From Rhodosorus marinus CCMP1338 (Eukaryota; Plantae; Rhodophyta), in contig JAMWBK010000005.1 in assembly GCA_029953675.1 (NCBI GenBank), forward strand, positions 620,001-684,000: DNA of 64,000 nt, written 5' to 3'. This document shows positions 47,301 to 60,387 of this stretch, in pieces. Made by a program: the position numbers and the translations under genes. The notes beneath the pieces are model-generated. The model saw only the letters and a list, made by a program, of their open reading frames with translations, ran no database searches and was not told where the DNA came from. Position 1 is the first letter of the stretch. Each line of letters starts with the position of its first letter.

Positions 47301-48082
47301 TTCGCAGATTTCATGCCGCTCAAGGTTTCTTCAGTCGCTTCCATATCTCCAAGTTCTGCATATGCGCGTACGAGCGCGTTGTACTCTTCTATCCCAGGAT
47401 TGAGTCCCCTCTCCTTCATCTCGTCAAGTAGATTCTTGGCTTCGTTGGGCTGGCCTGCGCGCACATGGGAATGAATGAAGCTTTTGAAGAAGACAGACCC
47501 ACGCTCAAAATTTGCCTCCGAGAGAATCTTCCTCAGCCGTTGGATATCTTCCGCAGTTCCTCCTGCTCTGAGGTTCAGCAGTACGGATTCTAGTGTTGAC
47601 GCGTCCAGTACTAAATCACGATTCTCGTCCAGGACATCAATAGACTTATTCACCAGCCCGGTCCTGGCTAAAGACTGGATCTGAAGCGATGCTAGCTCCT
47701 TTGACATGACTAGATCCTTTCTTCTCTCCACGAGTTCACATGCCTGTCGAAGGTGAACAGGTTCTGCTTGGCTGCTGAGAAGCGTGCGTAGCAGATTCTG
47801 AAAAGCGAATTCACCATTCCTAAAGTGCCCTAATGTCATCGCATATTCAGCTAGCTGCACAGTGGCAACAGCCCCGTGCTTCTCCAAAGCCAGCTTGGAG
47901 CACATTCGCAACGCATCCAGGTAGAGCTCCGAGTGTGTTCTCTCCAAAACACTCCGAAACGGAGCCACCACGCCATTAGCTCCTTCCAGCTCAAAAATCT
48001 TCCGCACTCCGCGAGGAGTCAAACCAGATGCGTATCGCCTACTAGGCAATAGACTGAACGCCGGCCTCCTGAAACGTATCAT
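44330..48082 (-). CDS. Large pentatricopeptide-repeat protein (1250 aa, single exon), probably mitochondrial
   Basis: Tandem 35-aa motifs such as YNALVRAYAELGDMEATEETLSGMKSAKMEPSSQT, YNIIMSARLKRGELEEVERLYTKM and YNALLDTFARHAMVEEARSALAELEAVGLKPNSAT. The N-terminus MIRFRRPAFSLLPSRRYA is presequence-like. Confidence 0.92.
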   Translation of the reverse strand: MIRFRRPAFSLLPSRRYASGLTPRGVRKIFELEGANGVVAPFRSVLERTHSELYLDALRMCSKLALEKHGAVATVQLAEYAMTLGHFRNGEFAFQNLLRTLLSSQAEPVHLRQACELVERRKDLVMSKELASLQIQSLARTGLVNKSIDVLDENRDLVLDASTLESVLLNLRAGGTAEDIQRLRKILSEANFERGSVFFKSFIHSHVRAGQPNEAKNLLDEMKERGLNPGIEEYNALVRAYAELGDMEATEETLSGMKSAKMEPSSQTYNIIMSARLKRGELEEVERLYTKMVFSGVKTDLETMKVISKAKFDAGRGSEVPQLLTSFLKALPGSFDGDLAGILVEGFAEKREFEEAWKVVFEAQLQKIPLAEKSVDELARHLALSGDIERTERALKLLTQQSIHFPTEDTLTALAIAYMRTNNTASALRHVTTGRRRGFRRVGFLQIALETYARELKAAEAVTMLAQVKKLRPPSALEYGLVLRSLTENGLGQEAVKFLKDPQLQGREFSESLKFSEEAKDVLELCAGQLISLLTSRKNRTGVSEVLDFVRSKKLSLVDKANESLVRHHVEGGNLLDAVSTLESMSSVESDLCHLVLEALSSAGDLTGFRKCALILERTGVHWEERTFALLIDLFSRNGDPLSARNTFHSLVKSIPSAVSGRTGNSSLLRAFSGAGMEREALLQLNKMRSEAIVPEVGGYEALVQMYNRQGQRSRSKKIIELMLSDGFVPNPSTVDAFILAGNVETNANEAKAAFADLKSLRLGAHLATYNALLDTFARHAMVEEARSALAELEAVGLKPNSATYRHVIHACINARDRSTLRSLSRELPESKAVSALILQAMTRIEDYAAAADEVDARGIPADGQTLEHAFYSSVRAERNETAIRILQTFVQQPGSFDTRTHQSLVRVVAESRGSLRDALRAVSSKGIRVRQLRGSASSGVIVKQASGSVNADYSQTRGSSAVTEENKKMSEVQLMRKHWDREEYAEVVKVFQDTQGSQRRRLGRDSLRMLMESIIKVGTDDEVCAAIEQGHSRGLRFNAEAYRRLVTIRSSAGDGNTVEGAMAIMQEDSTFLNSRTFIEVLGNFLNRGMPSSAIRLFEVVNRNEVIGSESLNEGCRKLIEYSLQHGDEHAAQRSLKILAENRNADVEESTLLPLLKQSTDYADVARLQELLNHQTGDTKRSYSLLIRSLAEDGNVQAAGALLKKQGTVGVKSDHEALIAVRDAYRKHGEYRRSAMLEGRIRRDQIADLN

Positions 48083-48932
48083 TCGTCCTGCGCCTCAATC
48101 AAGTTCAACCATCACTTCGTTCTGACGGGCATTGCCAGCGCGAAAAGAACAAACCGACGGAGGAAAATTCTGTGCTCATCGAAATCCCATTAGCATAGTT
48201 GCGAGGTACAAAATAGATAAGACGCTTCCCATCTTTCCTTCCCTCACAGTCCTCCATCTGTTTTCATACAGCTCAGCTGAACCTACTCAAGGTGGGTTGC
48301 CGAATGCTAGAGTAGTCGATTCATGAACGAGGTAAATCTGGCTCGCTGCTTCCCAAGCAGCTCCTTAGAAAGATTGCCGAGCTCTCCGCCATCAATCCAT
48401 CCAAGCAGCTGGCCAGTTCAAAACCCAAGCAATGTAAGAATTTCACGGTGGTTTATATAGCTAGTGCACTGTTGTATGGACGAGATCGGTACGGATGACT
48501 AGCCGATGATGTCCAGAGACAACTATTTGGGTGAACAACGATCAACGCTTGTAAAGGATGAGACTAATTCCTCCAATCCGTTCGTCGAGTGGCTACGCAC
48601 GCTCAGGGCCAATCCCGTAATGTTGAAGGTTTGCGGTCTACAGAAGTGAAAGAGGGGGACTCCGGAAAAAGGCGCGATTTTCAGTTTTCTTGGAACGCTG
48701 TTTGTATGTTGAATCGATTTTATCTCAGCCTTTCCTAAGGGTGCCACCTGACTACGCTTGCGAAACACTCATCAGAAAGTTTCAAAGACACAAGCAGGTA
48801 GTTGTTATGCATTCGACGCGTTCAAAAAGTCGGGTATGGCATTGCTACGTATGGAAGGTCCCCCCATCTACGAACCGTATCAGCATCGTACCCTCTCGTC
48901 TACAGATCCTCACTGGTTGCACAGCAGGCTAG

Positions 48933-50406
48933 TCAGTTTATTGATAAAGCCTCGGTAATCTGCTCCGCCTTTTCAGCGGCAACCTTTGACGGAAGGTCAT
49001 TAATAAAGTCCGTCAGGAAGTTGATGTTGTGCAACGCGCAGAGAACCGGCGCCAGAGGTTCATACGCTTTGATGAGATGGTGCATGTAGGCAATGGAGAA
49101 ACTTGGGTCTCCCCATTGCTGGTCCAGGCGTGAGAACTGTTCTTTACAAGAATCCCGCGTCAGGTCCAACACTCCATCTCGCGTAAACACTCGATGCTCA
49201 GAGCCCATTCTCACAGGGAGTTCAGAATCGAACATGTCCGCGCCAGCCATGAACGACCTGTTTAACAGACCAGAGTTTAGTCGGGAGAACAAATTCCGGG
49301 TGATGGGCGAGCAACGAAAACAAATCACAAATCAGCTAGCTCACCGCGCAATAACTTCAAGAGACCTTGCGTTCCGAACGTGCTTTGGCTTCTCCCGCGG
49401 AAGAAGCTTTAGGACTGTCCCGACCAAGTCCTCGGCCTCAATATCTGCGAGGCTTAGAAAATACCCATCAAAATCGTATTTCGAAAGCACGCCCGCTCTC
49501 TCAAGGCTTCTTTCTCTCTCCACGTCAGACGAACAGTTTATATGTACATTCGCAAAGAGGCCTTTGGTAGTATTTTCACATTTGTGTAACTCTAGGCACT
49601 CATGCTGCCATCTCACGGACTCAGAGAAGGACCTGCAGGGAGACAAAGTCTGTCAGTATCTGAAGCACTCACCGAAAACCCAGCGGATCGTCCGCTTTTG
49701 TGTAGTTTGTCGTTGGAATTCACCATTCGCGCACAGCGCCATTCTCCAGCGTCTCCAGGTTTTCGTACTCAATCGTCCCGAGGACATCCGCTCCAAGTCC
49801 ATTTTGAATCTCCATGCATCGATGGTGAATTCCTTGAGTCGCTGATGTATCTTTCGAGTTTTCAGCGTTCGGCAAGGTCACTATTGTGCTGGAGTCCAAT
49901 GGCGAGCCCAGCCGCAGAATCTGTCGAACCCTTTTTTTGGGAACCTAAACATACAGGTGGATTCGTCAGTCCTCATCGAATCGCTGCTCTATTATCCACG
50001 GGTGCAAGCTTCTAACCTGCGGAGCAGGACCGAGTGATATGATCGGACCTCGACGGTTTAGAAATTTGCGTAGTCCTGTTGCTTTCAGGAGATCGCTGTT
50101 CGTTCGCTGTTCGTCCTGGAACGATTTGGAGCAGCATACCAGAGGGATTTCAGACCATGCTCCGGCGTCCCTGGCGGACGTACTCCCATATAGCTCTTGC
50201 GGTTGAGTCAGCACGAACGCAGGTGTTCTGAACGATCCACCAGAAGTGTGAATGGAGCCTTTTCGAGCGTCGCTCGATCCATCGCGGAGCAATTCCCACT
50301 CAACGCTAAATCCCGCCGATCGATCGGATTTCCGCGCCTTTGAGCTCGCGAAACCCCTCACCAACTCCTTCTTAAGGAAAATGCGGCCAGTTCGGCTCAA
50401 GATCAT
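48933..50406 (-). CDS. tRNA-guanine transglycosylase (TGT/QTRT)-family protein with divergent active site and a presequence-like N-terminus, multi-exon
   Basis: ARKGSIHT..GSFRTPAF, GLRKFLN, MEIQNGLGADV, SVRW, GADMFDSELP and AYMHHLIKAYEPLAPVLCALHN. Confidence 0.85.
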
Positions 50407-51391
50407 AGCCAAAATCTATATAGTAAGACAGACTCGCATCAAGCTCGACCACTTCCCACGGAAGGTCAAACCGCTGACGACGTGCACACTATCGTTCAAA
50501 CCATAGCATAAGTAGAATTTCCGCTAAAAAAACCCCACTTCAAAACTTCAATCTCCGAAACACCCCTTCCCCCCCCCACCCCAAACCTGCGAATCACACA
50601 CCGCGTAACATCCCCTTCTTTCCAAAAACGAAAATCAAAAAACCAGATCACGCTACCGACGAAATCACCTCACATAAAATTCCAGCCTTCAATCCTAAAA
50701 AAGAGTGTCCAGTGCCAGACTTTAGCACAAGCACTCTCAAAGAAACATCTCACTCCCTCCCCAACGGAATTTCCTTCTCCATTCCCATCCCCGATCCTAT
50801 CCGAATACGACGGCAACCTCCACCAAAAAGCCAGTTCTCAAGTTCAATCAAATATACACATAAACAATCAACTAAACTACTTTTACAAACATTTCAATAA
50901 AAATTGATTGACTTGGAAAGAGCGGGAATTCATGGTCCAATTTCCTGTTCTCATTTTCGATATTTTCTGAGCGAGTTCTTCGGTTGGTTCCTTTTTAATG
51001 GATGCAGATATAGATATTGAATATATTCGTCTTAGATATTCTAATAATTGACGAGAAAAGGAACTTTATGAATGATTAGCCAAAATCTAGAGAATTATGA
51101 GTCTCAGAAAACTAGAAAATCGTGGACAGCTGTCCTGTTGTCGGGTGTGAGGATGTTCTTCAGCTGATCGGCTGAGAGTTGCTTAGGCTTGGGATGGTTG
51201 AGCACTGAGCGGGAAGGATATGTGCCGTTGAGTGGATTCCGCCGGTATCAAATCTGTCTTCCGTTTCATTTTGGAGGATTTTGGACGCGTGGTTACGATC
51301 TCAGTGCTTTTTGGGCGGGGTGGTTCCTGGATGGGGGGTTTTCTGTGCGGAACGTGAGGAGGGGAAGGGGGTTGTTTTTACTGTCTCTTGA

Positions 51392-53390
<1,999 letters not shown>

Positions 53391-54544
53391 CGCTAGTAGA
53401 CGGGGCATGAGCCGACTTTGGAGTACAAACCAGTAGAACCCGCTGTACAGAAAACAATACCGGCAGTTCTCAATTCAAGCACAGGGTCTCACGATTTCGC
53501 CGCCGAACTTCATTTTGATCCCAAGCCTAGGCGTTGATCCATAGTGAGCATACAGCAAGCGCGGCTTTCCACACGCTTATACCGCAGGGCCCAGATCGAC
53601 GACGTTCCGACCCACGAACTCCACTATCACGTGGTGGTGCAAAACATCGCCTGGGAAGCACGAACATCAAAATTGATCACACTTCAGAGAGACGTGCCAA
53701 CTCCTCGTTCCGTATTTTTCAACGTAGGGTATGATCCAATTCACTTCAGCTCTGTAAAAGATACCAGACCATCGCAACCTCATCAATCCAAGAATCTCAT
53801 TTTGGACAATACGCAGGCCAATGGGACATCTTGTCCCAACGTCGATTGGACTCCGAAATACTGGAAAGATCTGTTGCGTTCGTTGAAGTCCGTGAGACTC
53901 CTCTCCGGAAGGAGATCAGGGGTATTAGCGACGACTGAATGACTCATCCAACCTTTCGGGACTCTGCGCTGTCTCATCGGTTTGTACCGCTAATCATCGA
54001 GGGCTTTGGTCTTTTTAGGCAGAGTTTCTTGTCTCTGGCTTCGTCGTGTCTTTAGTAATGCCCCCGGCCGTCTTCACAGCCTCCTCACGGAGCTGTCCCT
54101 GACTCTCTGGCGTTCGAACGGCTGCTTTGTTGTCCAACGCACGTCCTCAGCGTCTCCTTTTTCCGCTCGCTAGGTTCCACGGGCTGGAACAACGAATAGA
54201 TGGTTGTTGATTTAAGGTTTAAGAGCATACATGGAAGGTCAAAAAGGTAGAAAAAGGAACAAGTTATAAAATAAAAGAACGCAGTTTCTTTGAGTGCAAA
54301 TTGAGACAGTGGGACGAATCCCTGCGTCCCACCTTTCGCATAGAATCAGTTGGTTCAACAATCCCCCCCCCCATCCCCCGATCTTTGCCACAGGAGACCG
54401 TTTGGAATGCTTACAACCCAGTCTAAGTCACTCCGTTGGACGCGTATACATAAGGCTGCGTGATAGTAGATTTAAGTTTATCAATGGCAAATATGTAGCC
54501 TTTGTTGAACTCCTCTGTCACTGCACCTGGCATTGTGTCAGCTG

Positions 54545-54590
54545 TACCAGGCACTCGATACCAGGCACTCGATACCAGGCACTCGTTACC
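54545..54590. repeat. 14-bp tandem repeat x 3
   Basis: TACCAGGCACTCGA TACCAGGCACTCGA TACCAGGCACTCGT TACC. Confidence 0.9.
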
Positions 54591-54848
54591 CGCGTCAGTA
54601 CTCGGTGGCCTGCTCACCCGATCTTTTTTCGTGGGAGGAGTTCCATGGACTTCACACAGAATTGGAATCTAGGGAAGGTGGGGTCGGACAAGGGTTTGGG
54701 CGGAGGATGAACAGGGTTGGTAATGGTATAGAGTTTCTTTTTCAACCTCTAAAGGGTCCATAGCTGAAGGACATACTGTCTTTTACGATTAACTTCTGTT
54801 TCGTTTTGGGTTGTTGCTTTTTTTTTTTTTTCCGGGGAGGGTGGGGAG

Positions 54849-55930
54849 ATGAACCGACTGCTCAGGGTTCCGATATCCAGGAGTCAGTTCCAGGGATTGA
54901 TTGGATGGAGGAACGGGAGTCGGAGTGGTACCCGGGGTCTGAGCTCGTTGGTTACGAATTCGGAGCTTTCGAGGAGGGTGGATATAATGGACCAGCTTGG
55001 TAAAAATATTATGGTAAGGACTGGTTCGTTTTCATTGTGGGTCTTTTGCAAGTCTCTTTTTGTCCCGAGGGGGAGATGCAGGGTCTAGATGCGGCGTGGC
55101 TAATACTGAACATCTCTACACGATTTCTGTGCGTAAAGACGCCTTTGTGGAACGTTGCAGACGAACATGTGGAAGATGAGGTTTTCAAAGCTGAGAACCA
55201 AATTCAATGGTACAGAAACTTCTATGGGAAAAACGGCAAAGGCGAAGGAGAACTTAACAAGGTGCAGGATTGGAGCAACAGATTCATATGATGTGAAAAC
55301 GCGAAAACGCGAAAACGCGCTTATGGTAGCCTTTGGAAACTCATCCGGTTTTGTTTGACACCCAGGATCTGTACTTTGCGGCCGAGGAGCTGTACAACGT
55401 CTTGCATGCTTATCATGCCACGGTAAGATCGAAACCGCGACTGCATTGATTGAATACTAAGATTTTTTTTCTCAAGCTGCTTATTTTGTCATCACCTTGG
55501 CTTTGCCTTTCATTCGCAAAATCAGCGGCTGATTAGCAGAGGAATGCTGTCTCTGGAGAACGAACTGTTGAGGCAGAGCGGACCTCTTGGAAGTATGTCG
55601 TTAGTAATGAACGCGCTGAAGTTTGATCTCAAATACTCGACGTGCTAACCAGTCTCGTTTCCTTTAATCAGCTTCCATGGGACGCATCAGTGACGACCTT
55701 ACAAAACAATTGTATGGCTGGAATGATGCGGTTTCAAAGTTCATCATGACGCTTCCTGTGAAATCAACACTGAGATTTAAGTGCAATAAGGAACTCTCCT
55801 GGTCATTTGCTTGCGTAACTTCGCTCCTTGAATTACCCCGTGCCAGGTGCGATTTCATGACGTCCCTCCGGTTCAGACGTTACCGGCATTCCCTTGACCT
55901 GCAGTGTTCAACTTCGGGTATGCGCTAACA
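54849..55930 (+). CDS. Spliced protein of unknown function with a mitochondrial-like presequence; 3' end uncertain
   Basis: A phase-consistent exon chain can be built: MNRLLRVPISRSQ...GKNIM|TPLWNVADEH...ELNK|DLYFAAEELYNVLHAYHAT|RLISRGMLSLENELL...|SMGRISDDLTKQLYGWND, using GT-AG introns. Confidence 0.55.
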
Positions 55931-56662
55931 AGAAATTGCTTCATCCCACTTATCCAGCTACGATCTGAAGGGAAGCACAGGGTCCGGATTCTACCTCCCT
56001 GACGAGCACCTTCCAGACAACTGAAGTCTGCGCAGTTTCCTCCACCTTGGGAGCTGGGACGAGTTCGATGGTGCCCAGGCGAACCTCTTGACGGTTGAAA
56101 AAAAACTAGTTGTGTTCTCATGCTAAAGTCAAAACATAAATTAACCTTTTCTGCAACTTGGACTACTGGGGTATTCGTTCGAGCATCCGAATCGTTTCGC
56201 GAAGATGGGACGGGTTACACCTTCTTCTGCACGATCTTAGTCTGGAACGTGTTGTCGATGTGCATCTGAGAAGCCCGTTGCTTTCCTGTCGATTCCTGAA
56301 GTGCATGAAAATTTCCGGTCGCTCCAGCATGTCTTAGCCAACCTCTATTCTTAGATCGCAATTTAAATGATTGAGAACGTACAAAGATCGATCGCTACTG
56401 ACAAGTCGCGTCAGTATCCCAGACTAACGAACCACGATCGATTGTACTGCGTCCCAGCAAGCATCGTTACTGCGCCCAGGGTGTGCACGGTGATCAGGCA
56501 CTGCTCGGCGGTCTTTAGGCACTGCACACGTGATCCTAGAGCTTCCTCGGGCGGTCTAATGATTCTCAGTTTCCTTCTCTTTCCTCGTTGGCCATGAAGG
56601 ACGACCGAGCGGCGAGAATGTAAACGATCTGAAGTCACCAACAGGAGCACTGCAGGATCGAA

Positions 56663-57569
56663 ATGTTGCTATCAATATCGAGGCTGTCTGCATTGGCCTC
56701 GAGGGTTAGTTTCAGCCACTCCTCATGGTTTTGCGTTCCCGATGGCGGGATGGTAAGAACAATATTCAGCATTGTTGATCAGCTCCTTAGCATTGTTTCT
56801 GAGTCTTTGCGTTGACGTATTCTTGCCTGTTTGAACAGACGGGGTACGAAGTCCTGGCCAGGGGAACTGGGTTCTTCACACGCTCAACGCGAGGAGATCT
56901 CGTCGCGCTCTTCTCCGCTCACGTTTCAGCGCCGTTTAAATGGAGGAAATATTTCCCCGAACAGGAATGGCTTGACCACGTTGAGGATCGGCATTGTGAA
57001 AACCGAATTGCGTTGAGCCAAGGCCAAGTACTACGTGTGCCTCAGGAGGAGATCGTCCAAGTCCCGCAGCTCGATGCCGCGGCGTATCAGCTTCCTACTG
57101 AAGACGAAAAGGTAGTTCTGAATCATGGGGTCAAGGTATTGACGTTGGAAGACTCCGTTGCCGACGAGGTCTTCGTTTGCGGATATGAACTTATTGGTGG
57201 CGATTGCGGGTGATAGCATGTCACGACAACTCCAGGAGTAATTGTGGAACCGAATTGCTTCTAACCAGTGCACTGTGTTGTTGACGGTTTAGGTCTACTA
57301 CTGAGGACGTCACTCCCACAGCATTGCGAGGAGCTGTTGTTGACACCGTTGGCCCGAGAATATTCGTAAGGACTGAGGATGGAAATACGGAGTTTGGGAT
57401 GTGCGGAGGTCCAACTGTGAAAGGCGAAAACCATGAGAAATGTATTGGATTGTTGGAGGGTCGCGTTCCAGATCCTCCAGCTGAAGCGGGTCGCGTTCCT
57501 CATGGAAGAGCTGGCCAGTCCGCGTTGATCCCGTCGTCGGTGTTGTCGAAGTTGATTAACGCGCTGTAG
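56663..57569 (+). CDS. Chymotrypsin-fold (PA clan) peptidase-like protein with a Cys nucleophile; exons 56663-56752, 56839-57209, 57293-57569; 245 aa
   Basis: Both introns are GT-AG and phase-consistent; the second has CTAAC at 57261. Motif order: RGTGFF, FSAHV, LDAAAY, VFVCGYE, GMCGGP, CIGLLEG, LIPSSVLSKLI. Confidence 0.8.
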
Positions 57570-57691
57570 TTGGAAGCCGCGCGCGTGGAAATACGAGGAC
57601 TCCGCTTGACTGCAAAGGTGGTTAGCATAGATTTTAAGAGATTCTAGTCCAGGCAATGTCGGAAAGGCGGAGCCGTGAAGAACAACATACT

Positions 57692-58375
57692 TCAAGCCTC
57701 CCGCTGACTGCCGTCCCGGGGATCCAGATGCCTGATGATGGTAGCCGGCGTCCCGGCGATGACGACGTCACTGGGAAATTTCTTCGTCACAACTGCGCCA
57801 GCACCGACGACTACTCGATCTCCAACCGAAGACCCCGGACAGAAGACGGCGGATCCTCCGATCCAGCAGTCGTTGCCAATCGTGATCTCACGGGCATCTT
57901 CGAGGAACGTGGAACGGAGCTTGTGATCTAAGGGATGCCTTGCTGTATACATCTAACGAATTTTGAGAGCGGAATATAAGAAGAGCTTGCCGAAACGCAA
58001 CGTGATTTGGAAGTTGTAACGGACCTGTACTCCGGGACCCATAAAGCAATTGTCACCTAAAGTAATCTTGACAACATCCAAGAAGACACAGTTGAAGTTA
58101 ATGAAGGCATCCTTTCCGACATGTATGTTATAGCCATAGTCGCAATAGAAAGGCGGAATGATCCAAGGCTGAGAGTCCTCAGGGAAGTTTATGTTGAGCT
58201 CCTCCCGAATAAGTCGCAGACGGTCTTTCTCGTATCTGGTGTTGTTGAAAACGAAGCATGCGTCATGTGCTTTTTCCCGTTCGAGCATCAAGAGCTTGCA
58301 AGTCGGATCATAACTTTCTCCCCGAAGCATCAGCTCCTTCTGCCTCTGGCCTTCCGCATCCTCCGTATTATCCAT
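57692..58375 (-). CDS. Maltose/galactoside O-acetyltransferase family (left-handed beta-helix), one intron
   Basis: KELMLRGESYDP, IIPPFYCDYGYNIHVG, FINFNCVFLD, GPGVQ|MYTARHPLD, ITIGNDCWIGGSA and VVGAGAVVTKKFPSDVVIAGTPA. Confidence 0.93.
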
Positions 58376-59284
58376 ATTCCCCAAGTGGGAAAGTGTCCCC
58401 ACAAGCTACTGTCCAGCGATCGAAACAAAAGCGCTGATTCAAGTTGTCGGTCCTGCGCCCTATGCAACCCAGCTGACACTTAGAAAACCAAGCTCCGTCG
58501 ACGTTCAACCGGCCTGATGTCCGTAATTCCAGACTTCCAGCCAGCCACCGCCATCCAACGTAGCCTCCCAACTCTGGTTGGTTGTGGCGGGGAGGATGCT
58601 GACCGACACATGGAAGCAATCAAGCAGCGTTCTAGCATTCATCGAGTTCAATCCTTCTGATTAGTCGGCGCTGTAGAAGGTGACTTAAAACCATCGGCTC
58701 TCAAAAGACCGAACCGTTCTAACATACCCATCCGTCACTTCTTCGCAGTGAAAAAACTAATTCTCTTTTCCAATTTAACTGTCACATTAATCAGCAATCC
58801 AATTATTACATTTATTCATATTATTGCATTTACATTAAGGTGACAATAAAATAGACATGGTGGAAGACTATGTCATAATCACGTTCCCGTTGTAAAATGA
58901 ATGCTGTTGACGATGATGACATAGCGAATTCGGGAAAAAGTTAAGTTTTTTAGGTTGAAACGGATGGAGTGGCCGTGTACCGATATTGTACGATTTTGAG
59001 AATGCATTAGAAGGTTTTTGGAGTTTGGCAAAGGTCTCAGAGGAATGAATTTTGATGGGTTAGAAGGAGGTTTAGCATGTGGTTGAGGGGTTTGTTTTTT
59101 GTCTGAGGGATAGTGTTGGAGGAGGGAACGAGTTGGAGTAGACGAGGAGGCTCGTTTTGAGAGTTTGGTTTGTTTTTGAAGAGGGCGGGAGAGTTGTGGT
59201 GCTGTTTTGTTGGGTGTTTTTGTGGGTGTTGGTGTTGTTTTTGCAGGTCGGGATTTTTGTTGCGTTCTTGCTGGATTATTGGAC

Positions 59285-60248
59285 ATGAAGATTTTGGGTT
59301 TGTTCGTTGCTAAGGCGGTGGAAGGGGAGAGCGAGGCGAAGATTTTGGCCGAAGCGTTTCACTTATCTGATTTCAGCTATTTTCAGAGGGGAAGGTGCGT
59401 CCGTTCTCTTCTCTTTTGCAGATTTTCCTGTGTCTGTTTGTTACTCTCGTGAAACTTTTTGAATGCACCTTTTGAACGAGTGAAAAGCAGTAGAAACTTT
59501 TTCTTCTCGGTGTTGCTTGGGTCCGATTGTGGATGATAGGTTTCGATTTCGATTGTTATTGAAAGCCGCACTGAATTGATCTTGATATTCTCCTGCGCCG
59601 ATCGAGCAGTATTAAGGAGTTTTCGGTGTTTTTCGCCAAGACTCTAGCAGCAAGAGTACCAGAAGGGCAGCGATCTTCGATTGAACACCAAGGTACGAAA
59701 CTGAAAAGTCGCGCGTTCTTGCCGTTTGCCTTTTTAAGATACACGCTCATTGAGTGGTTCTTCTGTTGCTCCAGAATTTGTTTGCCATATCCATGTCAGG
59801 ACGAACAAGCTAGCCTTCATGGCACTGTGCGATAAGGAGTACCCACCTCGAGTTGCGTTCACCCTCCTTGCAAAGGTGAACGACGACTTTTGTGCACTTC
59901 ATCCAGATCATGAATGGCAAAACGCTACAGATCTACTCCCTTTCCCAGCACTAGAGGAAACGCTATCAAAGTACCAAAACCCGGCTGAGGCGGACTCAAT
60001 AATGAGAATGGAGAAGGATTTGGACGAAACTAAGATTATACTGGTACGTCAGCACAGTTCATCCGCTCTTCAGTATGGTTTCATTTCTAACACCAAGTCT
60101 TCTTTGATAGCACAAAACAATTGATAGCGTACTGGAAAGAGGGGTGAAGCTAGACAACTTGGTAGACAAATCGAACGACCTAAGCGCACAGTCCCGTATG
60201 TTCTACAAAACCGCGAAATCCCAAAACTCCTGCTGTTACATGATGTAA
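59285..60248 (+). CDS. YKT6: Longin R-SNARE YKT6, multi-exon
   Basis: [47 protein letters not shown]|[36 protein letters not shown], and the C-terminal prenylation motif CCYMM. Confidence 0.97.
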
Positions 60249-60387
60249 CCGAAAGTGACGTCCCGTAATCCTGGGCAACGCTATAACCTGTGCATATGCA
60301 ATAGAAGTGCTTCTCAAAAAATTTTGGGGCGTCGCAGCCGTCTTGTCTGGTGCAACTGGTCTGTAAGGGTTCGTTCCCGACTGCCTA

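Noticed and set aside
49093-49845. 250-aa plus-strand ORF
   Set aside because: Antisense shadow of the TGT-family exons. The same applies to many long opposite-strand ORFs over MSH2, HisRS and the PPR gene.
53544-53977. 132-aa plus ORF (GTG start) and 64-aa minus ORF after RBBP4
   Set aside because: A gene may be present, but strand and structure could not be decided and no family was recognised.
55295-55318. (GAAAACGC)x3 inside an intron
   Set aside because: A simple slippage repeat with no evidence of function.
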